Shown one piece after another: positions 28,246 through 37,148 of a stretch of 64,000 bases of DNA. Below the pieces are notes generated by a model. The model worked only from the letters and a program-made list of their open reading frames with translations, did not search any database and was not told the DNA's origin. The first letter of the stretch is position 1. Each line of letters opens with the position of its first letter. The stretch is from Bacteroidota bacterium. Lineage in GTDB: Bacteria > Bacteroidota > Ignavibacteria > Kapaibacteriales > UBA2268. The position numbers and the translations under genes were made by a program. The stretch covers positions 692-64,691 of the forward strand of contig JAKIZO010000001.1 in assembly GCA_022707965.1 (NCBI GenBank). Reading direction: 5' to 3'.

Positions 28246-28302
28246 AGAAAATTAGTTTTCAATCAATAAAACAGCAATCAATTATAAACCATTGATAAAT
28301 AG

Positions 28303-29511
28303 CTACTTAAATCTCAATGCTGATACGGGCTTTATTTTTGCTGCTATCAAAGCGGGAAGAACCGAAGCAAGCAACACAAGCACAAATGTAATCGAAGCGA
28401 CAAGGACGTAATGCAATGGTGAAATAAATATTGGCAAAGCATCTAAAAAGTATATTTCACTTTTGAGATGAATAAATCTAAATTGTTGCTGCAAAACACA
28501 AAACATAAACGACAAAACGCAACCTGCAACAATTCCATAAAGCCCAATTTGCAAACCTTGATAAGCAAATATCTTGATAATACCAGTTTTGCTAATGCCC
28601 AGAGTTCGCAAAATTCCAATTGTGCGGGTTTTTTCGATTACGGTAATTATCAAAGTAGTGATAATATTCAGCATAGCAACAAGCGAAATAATTCCCAGCA
28701 CCAGTGGAATTGGCTCACGTTGAAGTTCAATCCAGGCGAATAGTGATGAATGAATTTCATAATAAGTCAAAGTCCAGAATGGGAAGCCCAAAAACTTCAT
28801 AATCGATTGCGAAACATCGCTTGCTTTGTTTATATCTTTGATGAAAATTTCAATCTTATTTGCAGAATTTAGTGGCAAACCATAGAAGTTTCGGGCAGTT
28901 GCCTCGGGCAAAAGCACAAGGGTTTCATCATAGATGGTCATACCCGTTTTGTAGGTGCCAACGATTTTGAATTTGTTGATTTTATATTTTGTAGCGTTAT
29001 CCTTAATGCTTATTGAGTATAAATTAACGAAATCGCCAATTTTCAGAGCAAGTTTTCTGAGTAATGGCTCGCCGACAATAACTTCATTGGCACTGTCACA
29101 CGAAAAATTTTTTTGTCCGTTGATAAGATTAGAAAAACCATTTGGGTCGTATTCGGGATTGTAGGTTCTGAACATAACGCCATCAACAAAGCCCGCCGCA
29201 CGGACAAGCCCCTCGCCTTCGATAACAGGATGGATTGCAGAAATGGCGTCGAATTTTGCACAAATTTGTTCGGTTATTGCTTTTGCGTTACCAATTGGGT
29301 CTTTGTTGTAGCTGAAAACCACGATGTGAGAAGTGAATTTTGTTGTGTTGTTGCGAAGTTCATTTTCGAAGCCGTGGAGAATAGCCAAGCTTATCAACAA
29401 AGCAACAACACCAAGCATAACACTCAGCAGCGACACCAACCGTGCAAATCGCAGAAATCGAGTTTTTCGTGATTTTGCAATTGATGAAGAAATGTATCTA
29501 TATAAATTCAT
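28303..29511 (-). CDS. FtsX-family ABC transporter permease (LolC/LolE-like)
   Basis: 402 aa with an N-terminal TM helix, a MacB-like periplasmic domain and a C-terminal 3-TM FtsX module (IGILRTLGISKTGIIKIF). Confidence 0.8.
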   Translation of the reverse strand: MNLYRYISSSIAKSRKTRFLRFARLVSLLSVMLGVVALLISLAILHGFENELRNNTTKFTSHIVVFSYNKDPIGNAKAITEQICAKFDAISAIHPVIEGEGLVRAAGFVDGVMFRTYNPEYDPNGFSNLINGQKNFSCDSANEVIVGEPLLRKLALKIGDFVNLYSISIKDNATKYKINKFKIVGTYKTGMTIYDETLVLLPEATARNFYGLPLNSANKIEIFIKDINKASDVSQSIMKFLGFPFWTLTYYEIHSSLFAWIELQREPIPLVLGIISLVAMLNIITTLIITVIEKTRTIGILRTLGISKTGIIKIFAYQGLQIGLYGIVAGCVLSFMFCVLQQQFRFIHLKSEIYFLDALPIFISPLHYVLVASITFVLVLLASVLPALIAAKIKPVSALRFK

Positions 29512-29645
29512 TTATCACTCAAAAACTTCAATTTAGATAAAATATAAAGACACAATTTAATAAATATAAATTAAATTTTGTTTCAATAATTATCATTATT
29601 TTGCGTTTCTAAATCAATAATTATTAACAAAATAGCAGTTCTTTG

Positions 29646-30416
29646 ATGGAGAAAAAATATAAGATTTTAGTTACAAACGATGATGGGATAGATTCGCCTG
29701 GAATTTTCGCATTGGCAAGCGCTATGTCGCAATTGGGAGAAGTCGTCGTAGCTGCACCAGACCGCCAGCAAAGTGCAGTTGGGCACGCCCTGACGGTTGC
29801 ACGCCCGCTACGAGTAACGAAAGTTAAACGAAATGGTGCGCTGTTTGGTTACGCCATAGATGGAACGCCTTCGGATTGTGTAAAAATTGCATTATCGAAT
29901 TTGTTGGAGGAGAAGCCTGATTTAGTTGTTTCAGGAATAAATCACGGGCAAAATACAGCAATAAATATCCTGTATTCGGGAACAGTTGCAGCGGCAACGG
30001 AAGGAATGCTTGCGGGCGTTCCGTCGATAGCAATTTCGGTTGCCTCGCACGATACGAGCGTCCCGATGGATGCAGCAGCGGAATATGCGCTCATAATTGC
30101 AGGGAAGTTGCTCGAAAGTAAGTTAAAGCCAAATTTTTTGCTGAATGTGAATGTTCCGGCTATCCCAAAAGAAAATATACTTGGTATAAAAGTTGCTAAA
30201 CATAGTTCATCATATTGGAAAGATACGTATGAAATGAGATTAGACCCGTTTGGAAGGAAGTATTATTGGTTTGCAGGTGAATATTACCTGGAAAGCGAAG
30301 ATGATATAGAAACAGACGATGCTGCATTAGCAAAAGGTTATGTTACAATTACGCCTGTTCATTTCGACTTTACAAAATATGATGTTCTAACTCAATTAAA
30401 ACATTTCGAGGTTTAA
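29646..30416 (+). CDS. surE: 5'/3'-nucleotidase SurE
   Basis: ILVTNDDGIDSPGI and SGINHGQN motifs. ATG at 29646 (the ORF track used the TTG at 29643). Confidence 0.9.
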   Translation: MEKKYKILVTNDDGIDSPGIFALASAMSQLGEVVVAAPDRQQSAVGHALTVARPLRVTKVKRNGALFGYAIDGTPSDCVKIALSNLLEEKPDLVVSGINHGQNTAINILYSGTVAAATEGMLAGVPSIAISVASHDTSVPMDAAAEYALIIAGKLLESKLKPNFLLNVNVPAIPKENILGIKVAKHSSSYWKDTYEMRLDPFGRKYYWFAGEYYLESEDDIETDDAALAKGYVTITPVHFDFTKYDVLTQLKHFEV

Positions 30417-30418
30417 AG

Positions 30419-30754
30419 ATGGCAAAGGTCATAGCAGTAGAAGACATACAAGATGGAATGATAATAGCAGAACCGATTGTAAATCGTTACGGGCAGGTTT
30501 TACTTGCTGCGGGGGTAGTGCTTTCGCAGCAGCATTCTACTTTTCTGAAAACCTGGAACATTCGGACGATAAAGGTAACAGCAGGTGCAGAAGATGAAGA
30601 AACATCGGAAATCTCGGAAGAGATGCGAAAGCAAATATTAGAAAGCATAGCTCAAAGAACATCCTGGACGCCGCGTATTCCAATAGAAGAAGACTTATTC
30701 AAAGTTGCTGTCTATCATCTTGCGAAAAAAATGTCTCACACAGAAAAGAAGTGA
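30419..30754 (+). CDS. Hypothetical small protein, translationally coupled to the HDOD gene
   Basis: 111 aa with no recognisable motif. Starts 2 nt after surE, and its stop lies 1 nt before the next ATG. Confidence 0.4.
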   Translation: MAKVIAVEDIQDGMIIAEPIVNRYGQVLLAAGVVLSQQHSTFLKTWNIRTIKVTAGAEDEETSEISEEMRKQILESIAQRTSWTPRIPIEEDLFKVAVYHLAKKMSHTEKK

Positions 30755-30755
30755 A

Positions 30756-31604
30756 ATGGATATTCTTAATAAATTAATTGCCCGTGCGGATGAATTCCCA
30801 ACTTTGCCAACAATATATTCCACATTGTCGGATGTGATGTCCAATCCCCGTTCTACTGCACACGATGTTGCAAATATAATTGCAGAAGACCAGGCAGCAG
30901 CAGCAAAGGTATTGAAAGCGGCAAATTCACCAATCTATGGATTTAGAGGCAGAATATCGACAATTTCGCAGGCAATAATTTTCATTGGTTTCGAAGAGGT
31001 GCGAAATCTGGTGATTGCAATGGGAATAATTGACGTTTTTCGCAAGATGAAGGGAAATTTTCCGATAAATCCGGTAGATTTGTGGAAACATTCAATTGCG
31101 GTAGGAATTATCACACGATTGCTCGGGAAAACTTTACGAATAACTAACCTCGAAAATTATTTTCTTGCGGGAATTTTGCACGATATTGGAAAGTTGCTTT
31201 TCTTGAAATTCATACCTGATGAATATGCAAAATCAATTGAATATGCAATGGAAAAAAATTTACCCGCTCGCGAAGCAGAAAATGCTGTTTTAGGAGTAAA
31301 TCACATTATTGCGGGTGAAATCTTAGCTGAAAAATGGAAGTTGCCACAATCTCTGAAAGATGCAATAAGATACCACGCCGTTGGCAAAAATGATAATGCG
31401 AATAATGTGCTTGTCGGATGTGTCCATATAGCAAATACTGTTGCTTCTCTACTTGAACTCGGGCAAGCAGGAGATGATATCGTCCCCACACCAAATCTTG
31501 ATGCGTGGAAAGCACTGAACTTACCTGACAACTTTTGGTCGAAAAATTATGATACTTTGATGCTCGAATATGATGCCGCTATTGGTATTTTTTTATTAAA
31601 TTGA
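30756..31604 (+). CDS. HDOD domain-containing signalling protein
   Basis: ATG at 30756. LPTLPTIYSTLSDVMSNPRSTAHDVANIIAEDQAAAAKVLKAANSPIYG and GILHDIGKL are typical of HDOD. Confidence 0.8.
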   Translation: MDILNKLIARADEFPTLPTIYSTLSDVMSNPRSTAHDVANIIAEDQAAAAKVLKAANSPIYGFRGRISTISQAIIFIGFEEVRNLVIAMGIIDVFRKMKGNFPINPVDLWKHSIAVGIITRLLGKTLRITNLENYFLAGILHDIGKLLFLKFIPDEYAKSIEYAMEKNLPAREAENAVLGVNHIIAGEILAEKWKLPQSLKDAIRYHAVGKNDNANNVLVGCVHIANTVASLLELGQAGDDIVPTPNLDAWKALNLPDNFWSKNYDTLMLEYDAAIGIFLLN

Positions 31605-31629
31605 TGTTAGGTATATATCGAATAAATAA

Positions 31630-33369
31630 ATGATTATTGACGAACAAACAGGTTACCTTCAAAGCATTTATTATGATGCTATACAAGAATTTATTGTAGT
31701 TAACAAGAAATTCAATAGGTTACCTGATATTATCAGAAATGGGCTGAATGTATTTATAAAATTTCCGAATTCAGTTTCTACGGCGATTTATCTATTAAAG
31801 AACAACTCTTTTGAGTTTGAATTAAATAGCTACTTCCCTGAAAGTGAAAAAAATAACCTTGAAAAAATATTCAATTCGTGTGTTCATAATGGAATAGTTG
31901 GCTCTGCACTTGCGAATGGTTCTATATCTTTTGGTTCGTCAGGTTTCGATGAATTGGTTACAATTGCGGTGCCTCTGGTTGCTTCATTTGGGGTGCTGGG
32001 AATAGCTTTAATAAATACTAATGATGACACTCTAATCAAAACTGAGCTTAACATTGCTACCACTTTATTTTCGAGGGTGCTTTCTGCCAGTCTGGAAAAT
32101 GTATTGTTGCAACATAATTTAAAAGCGACAAAGTCGAGTTTGGAGCAGATGGTTGCGGCAAAAACTATGGATTTAGCTCAAAGCAGAAGGGAGTTGAATG
32201 CGATTTTCGATGCCGTCCAGACGGGTATTATCGTACACGATTGGGATACATTTGAAATAACAAAAATTAATCCAGTTGCCGAGGGGCTCATTAATTTAGA
32301 TGGCAGAGAAATACTTGGAAGGAAAATATACGATTTTTTAGAAAAAATTGATTACAACGACCCTGATTTCTCATCTGAATCATATAAAAATTTCGAATCT
32401 TATTTAATTAATACCAATGGTGATAAAATTCCGATAATTCGCACAACTTCTTTTGTTAGCATTGGTTCTGCAAAAAAAAGAATTGACTGCTTCATTGATA
32501 TTACTGAGCTTAAAAAATATCAAGAAGAGCTGAAACAAATAAATCAAACATTGGAACTAAAAGTAGAAGAGCGAACGCAAGACCTGCAAATATTGGTCAA
32601 GAAATTAAAAGAGGAAATTGATCAACATCATAAAGTGCAGCAGGAATTAAAATTATTGTTAGATAAGGAAAAAGAGCTGAGCCAGTTGAAAACGCGCTTT
32701 GTAAGTATGGTGTCCCACGAATTTCGCACACCGCTTACAATTGTTCGTTCAGCTGCACAAATGCTTGAGAAATACCAGGACTCTCTATCCGACGAAGAGA
32801 GGCAAGAATACTTGAACAGAATTATGAAAACTGTGGACAACTTAACTGATTTAATTGAAAATATGTTGTTCATCAGCAGAGAAAAAGAGAAAGTTGTTGA
32901 AACGGACATTACCGAACAAATAGATTTAATTAAATTTACAGAAAATCTGATAAACGAATTTCAGACCACCTTGCTTCAAAGAAGGGATATATTTTTCATA
33001 AACATTGGTTACAAGAATACAGTCGAAACAAATGAACGATTGCTTAGATTGATACTACTAAACTTGCTTTCAAACGCAGCAAAATATTCATCGCCGGACA
33101 CACCAATAGACGTTAAACTATATTTCAATGAAGATAACTTTGCGTATGCAATAAGAGATTATGGTATTGGAATCCCCGATGACGAACAGGAGAAAATATT
33201 CGATTTATTCTATCGTGCCGAAAACGTCGGGAAAGTGTCGGGAAGTGGTATTGGATTGCAGGTAGTGCTAAATGCAATCAAAATGCTAAATGGCAAGTTA
33301 GATTTTACAAGCAAAATTAACAGAGGAACTACTTTTACAGTAACAATTCCATATAGTTCAGGTAATTAA
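31630..33369 (+). CDS. Cytoplasmic sensor histidine kinase (N-terminal uncharacterised sensor region, PAS, coiled coil, HisKA, HATPase_c)
   Basis: 579 aa with no TM segment. PAS-like region (LNAIFDAVQTGIIVHDW), H-box SHEFRTPLT, N-box LLSNAAKYS and G-box GSGIGL. Confidence 0.85.
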   Translation: MIIDEQTGYLQSIYYDAIQEFIVVNKKFNRLPDIIRNGLNVFIKFPNSVSTAIYLLKNNSFEFELNSYFPESEKNNLEKIFNSCVHNGIVGSALANGSISFGSSGFDELVTIAVPLVASFGVLGIALINTNDDTLIKTELNIATTLFSRVLSASLENVLLQHNLKATKSSLEQMVAAKTMDLAQSRRELNAIFDAVQTGIIVHDWDTFEITKINPVAEGLINLDGREILGRKIYDFLEKIDYNDPDFSSESYKNFESYLINTNGDKIPIIRTTSFVSIGSAKKRIDCFIDITELKKYQEELKQINQTLELKVEERTQDLQILVKKLKEEIDQHHKVQQELKLLLDKEKELSQLKTRFVSMVSHEFRTPLTIVRSAAQMLEKYQDSLSDEERQEYLNRIMKTVDNLTDLIENMLFISREKEKVVETDITEQIDLIKFTENLINEFQTTLLQRRDIFFINIGYKNTVETNERLLRLILLNLLSNAAKYSSPDTPIDVKLYFNEDNFAYAIRDYGIGIPDDEQEKIFDLFYRAENVGKVSGSGIGLQVVLNAIKMLNGKLDFTSKINRGTTFTVTIPYSSGN

Positions 33370-33370
33370 G

Positions 33371-34477
33371 ATGAAAAAGAAAATTTTAGTAATAGAAGAT
33401 GAAAATAATATCAGAAACGATATTGCAAGAATATTTAAATTAAATGGGTTTGAAGTATACCAGGCAGAAAATGGTAAAGAAGGAATAAATGTTGCCTTAT
33501 CAGTAATCCCAAACCTTATTATTTGCGATATAATGATGCCCGAAATGGACGGGTTAGCAGTATTAAAAGAACTGAGAAATTACCCTTCTACTGAACTTGT
33601 TCCTTTTATATTTTTAACGGCGAAATCAGCTCGTCAGGATATTCGGGAAGGTATGAACCTTGGTGCAGATGATTATATCACCAAGCCGTTTGATTTCGAC
33701 GAACTGGTAGCAGCAGTGCAGAAACGCTTAGAAAAAGCCGAAACAGCAGAGAAAAAATTCAACTCAAAATATGAGATGCTCGCAAATACTTTACGAAGCT
33801 ATATGCCTCACGAAGTTCGCACACCGCTGAATATTATTCTGGGATTATCTGTTTTTTTGCGAAAGCACTACGACCAAACAAATTATAGTGAAGCACGTGA
33901 TATTCTGCAAAACATAAATGAAGCAGCAAAAAGAATTCAAAGAATATTCGAGAATTATCTATTTTATTCAAAATTACAATTAATAATTTCAAACGAAGAT
34001 GAAGTATTGAAGTTGCGTCAGAAGAAAACACCGCTTGCAGATTTTCTAATTAGAGATATAGTGGTCTATTCGGCGGGAAATGCGGGACGCTCGAACGATA
34101 TTGAACTTGATCTGGAAGAGGCAAGTGTTGCAGTTCCGGAAGATTTATTTATGAAAACGATTGAGGAAATATTAGACAACGCCTATAAATTCTCCGAGCG
34201 AGGCAAGCCAATCAAAATCAGTTCAAACGTTTCGAGTGGTTATTACTTTATCCATATAACAGACTTTGGTCGAGGAATGACACAGGAACAAATTGCCAGC
34301 ATAGCACCACACATTCAATTCGAACGCGACACGTATGAACAGCAGGGCTCTGGGCTTGGGCTTGCAATTGTTAAAGCAATTGCTTCAATAGTTGGTGGTG
34401 ATATAATGATACAAAGCCAGCCGAATGTTTACACAACTGTTGCGATAAAATTCCCACTATTGAAATCTGAAAAATGA
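33371..34477 (+). CDS. Response-regulator receiver fused to a histidine kinase core (REC-HisKA-HATPase_c)
   Basis: REC domain (ILVIEDE...CDIMMPEMDG...LTAK). H-box HEVRTPLN and G-box GSGLGLAIV follow. Starts 1 nt after the previous stop. Confidence 0.85.
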   Translation: MKKKILVIEDENNIRNDIARIFKLNGFEVYQAENGKEGINVALSVIPNLIICDIMMPEMDGLAVLKELRNYPSTELVPFIFLTAKSARQDIREGMNLGADDYITKPFDFDELVAAVQKRLEKAETAEKKFNSKYEMLANTLRSYMPHEVRTPLNIILGLSVFLRKHYDQTNYSEARDILQNINEAAKRIQRIFENYLFYSKLQLIISNEDEVLKLRQKKTPLADFLIRDIVVYSAGNAGRSNDIELDLEEASVAVPEDLFMKTIEEILDNAYKFSERGKPIKISSNVSSGYYFIHITDFGRGMTQEQIASIAPHIQFERDTYEQQGSGLGLAIVKAIASIVGGDIMIQSQPNVYTTVAIKFPLLKSEK

Positions 34478-35433
34478 ACTTCACCGGTTGCATAATTGCA
34501 AAAAATGAAGAAAAACACATTGCAGGTGCAATACGGTCGCTTTTGCCAATTTGTTCGCAAATTGTAGTTGTCGATACGGGTTCGATAGACGACACACCCA
34601 AAATTGCGGCTAATTCAAATTGTGAAATTTACTTCAAGAAATGGAACAATGATTTTTCTGAAATGAGGAATTTTGCTTTGGGTTTCGCTCGAAGTCACTG
34701 GATAATTTTTCTTGATGCAGATGAAGTGCTACTTCCATTTTCATCCGAACAAAATCAAAAGATATTTCAAGATGATAGAATTGGTGGCGTTTCCTGCATA
34801 ATAAAAAATTATCTAACAGACGACAGAACAAGTTTTATAGAACACCGTTATACTCGAATTTTCAGAAATCACCCAAAAATTCGCTACCAAGGTGCAGTCC
34901 ACGAGCAAATTTCTGAAAGTATTTTCGAGCTCGGGCTGGAAATAATCGAAGCTGATATTACAATTGAGCATTTTGGCTACATAGATAATTCTACTGAAAA
35001 GAAGCAACGTAATCTGGAACTTATAAAGAAAGAGCTCGCACAAAATCCATCTGATTATTTGCTTTTTCATCTTGCAAATACCGAATTTTCGATGAATAAT
35101 CTTATAACTGCCAAGGAAATTTTTCTGAAAATTCTTTCTTCGCGTGATTTATCAGTCGAAAATTTGGAGCTTTCGCAATTGCGTCTGTTTCAGATTGCAA
35201 CAAGTTTGAATGACTGGAAATATATACTGGAACATCAGAATTATGTCTTTTCGAATAGCAATTACGAAGGTTTGAAACAGTTTATACTTGCAGCGTGCTT
35301 TATGCACCGCAAGCAGTGGGAAAAAGCATATCATTGCTTGCTTTCAGCGGAGAAATGCAATTCGAGCCTTGTCGATAGGGAACTGCTGAGAAAATCAATC
35401 GAAGCAGTCGAAAAATACATAGATTTCTTTTAA
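34474..35433 (+). CDS. Family 2 glycosyltransferase with helical-repeat (TPR-like) C-terminal half
   Basis: CIIAKNEEKHIAGAIRSL...VVVDTGSIDDT and FLDADE motifs. ATGA overlap with the upstream kinase gene. Confidence 0.7.
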   Translation: MNFTGCIIAKNEEKHIAGAIRSLLPICSQIVVVDTGSIDDTPKIAANSNCEIYFKKWNNDFSEMRNFALGFARSHWIIFLDADEVLLPFSSEQNQKIFQDDRIGGVSCIIKNYLTDDRTSFIEHRYTRIFRNHPKIRYQGAVHEQISESIFELGLEIIEADITIEHFGYIDNSTEKKQRNLELIKKELAQNPSDYLLFHLANTEFSMNNLITAKEIFLKILSSRDLSVENLELSQLRLFQIATSLNDWKYILEHQNYVFSNSNYEGLKQFILAACFMHRKQWEKAYHCLLSAEKCNSSLVDRELLRKSIEAVEKYIDFF

Positions 35434-35894
35434 TCCTTATTGCCCGAGGTTTTGTTTTTATGTTTTATTGCTTCAATTTTCGCAATAGTTTGATGTCGGA
35501 GTTCCTCTAATGTACGAGCAGAAAGCATTCGCAAGGCTTCCTCGCGAAGTTTTCCCCATTCGTCGTGCACGGGACACGGTTCATCGTTCGAGCAATTCGG
35601 AAAACCAAGCACGCAACGATGGAAAACGTCAGTTCCATCAATTGCTTCGACAATATCAATCAGTCTGATTTCCTTTGCAGGACGAGCTAAATAAAAGCCA
35701 CCTGATTTGCCTTTGCGAGAACCGACTATTCCACTTTTGATGAGCATTTGAAGAATTTTTGAGGTGAATTCTTTTGGAATTCCGATTTCTTCTGAAATTT
35801 CCAGAGCAGAAGTAGGAGCATCGTAGTCCTTATGTGCTAAGTAAAGCACTGCTTGCAAAGCCAATTCGCACTTTTTAGAAAATATAACTGTCAT
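35430..35894 (-). CDS. Rrf2-family transcriptional regulator with three-Cys putative Fe-S site
   Basis: ATG at 35894 (MTVIFSKKCELALQAVLYLA). Winged helix-turn-helix, and a Cys cluster CVLGFPNCSNDEPC. Confidence 0.8.
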   Translation of the reverse strand: MTVIFSKKCELALQAVLYLAHKDYDAPTSALEISEEIGIPKEFTSKILQMLIKSGIVGSRKGKSGGFYLARPAKEIRLIDIVEAIDGTDVFHRCVLGFPNCSNDEPCPVHDEWGKLREEALRMLSARTLEELRHQTIAKIEAIKHKNKTSGNKD

Positions 35895-35970
35895 CGTTTT
35901 CAATAAATATAATAATGATATTTTATTAAAATTAAGTATTTTTAACATATTTGAAAAGTATAAAATCATT

Positions 35971-36732
35971 ATGAAGCGATTAATTATTTTCTTACTGCTT
36001 GCATTTTCATTGAATTGCTATTCACAGGGGACCGCGGGAGATGCTGCTGCCTTTGAAACTCGCGACGTAGTAGATATGCCGACAGCGGGAGTTATTCCAA
36101 AGGGAGATTACGCTGTCGACTTGGTGTATTTCGATGGTGGAGGGCTGGCATTTACTTTCAATTATGCACTCTGGAGGAATTTCAATATTGGAGCGGCTAT
36201 TTCCGCACAGAATTTTGTTGGTTCGGGCGAAATAATTTTGCAAAATATTCCCGCAATACTATTAAAGTATAGATTTGTAAATGAAACAATTGAAGTGCCT
36301 GCATTTGCGGTGGGACTATCCACTCGTGGAGCGGGAATGTATTCGAACAGCTCGAACAGATATTCAGTTGCCTCGCCTGGTGTTTTCCTTGCGTTGAGCA
36401 AGAATTTTCGCTGGGATTTGGGTTCGGTTGCTACGCACGCGGGGTTGAATTATTCATTTGAGAACGTAGCGGATGATTTTTTCGTCAACTATTATGCGGG
36501 TATCGAGCAATCTATCGGGAAGCGAGTTGCAATAAATGCTGAATATAACGCAGGAGTATTCGAATGGAAAGCAGGAAGAACAAAAGGACGTGGATTTTTG
36601 AATACATCTTTGCGTTATTCGCTTGGTTACGGTTTTACTCTTCAATTTCAGTTCCGAGACCTAATGAAGAATTTCAAAAATTCAGAAGAAATTACTCGCT
36701 ATTTTGGAATTGAGTGGGTCGGCAAGCACTGA
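35971..36732 (+). CDS. Hypothetical outer-membrane beta-barrel-like protein
   Basis: Signal peptide (LLLAFSLNCYSQ) and an alternating strand pattern. Divergent from the Rrf2 gene. Confidence 0.4.
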   Translation: MKRLIIFLLLAFSLNCYSQGTAGDAAAFETRDVVDMPTAGVIPKGDYAVDLVYFDGGGLAFTFNYALWRNFNIGAAISAQNFVGSGEIILQNIPAILLKYRFVNETIEVPAFAVGLSTRGAGMYSNSSNRYSVASPGVFLALSKNFRWDLGSVATHAGLNYSFENVADDFFVNYYAGIEQSIGKRVAINAEYNAGVFEWKAGRTKGRGFLNTSLRYSLGYGFTLQFQFRDLMKNFKNSEEITRYFGIEWVGKH

Positions 36733-37148
36733 TGGATGCAGAAGAATTACATAATTTTTGTCTTTCGTTGCCTGAAGCAACCTTCGATTTTCCTTTCGAT
36801 GAGGACACAGTTTGCTATCGAATTTGTAACAAAATTTTTGCTCTTGGCTCGTTGGAGAAAGTTCCGCTCTTGGTTAACCTTAAATGTTCCCCCGATATAA
36901 TAGATGAGTTGCGAGAGAAATTCAGTTGTATCCGACCAGGCTACCATATGAACAAACGTAACTGGAACACTGTTGTGTTCGATGGGGTGTTATCCAATAC
37001 TGCATTGATAATTTTAATACAGCATTCTTACGCAATGACTTTTCGCTCACTTACAAAGAAGCATCAGGCAATTGCTTTGCAGCAATCGCCTGAAATCAAG
37101 CAAATCCTTGATAATTTCTCGACATTAGAATTAGAGAAAATACGCTAA
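36732..37148 (+). CDS. MmcQ/YjbR family protein
   Basis: ATG at 36732 overlaps the upstream stop (TGATG). LSLPEATFDFPFDEDTVCYRICNKIFA and PGYHMNKRNWNTV match the YjbR family pattern. Confidence 0.7.
   Translation: MDAEELHNFCLSLPEATFDFPFDEDTVCYRICNKIFALGSLEKVPLLVNLKCSPDIIDELREKFSCIRPGYHMNKRNWNTVVFDGVLSNTALIILIQHSYAMTFRSLTKKHQAIALQQSPEIKQILDNFSTLELEKIR

Noticed and set aside
27993-28269. ORF-track entries 27993-28262 (-) of 89 aa and 28078-28269 (+) of 63 aa
   Set aside because: They lie entirely within the cobalamin riboswitch and its promoter. The locally higher GC that keeps these frames open is explained by the RNA structure. There is no SD, and the peptides are low-complexity and Arg/Cys-rich.
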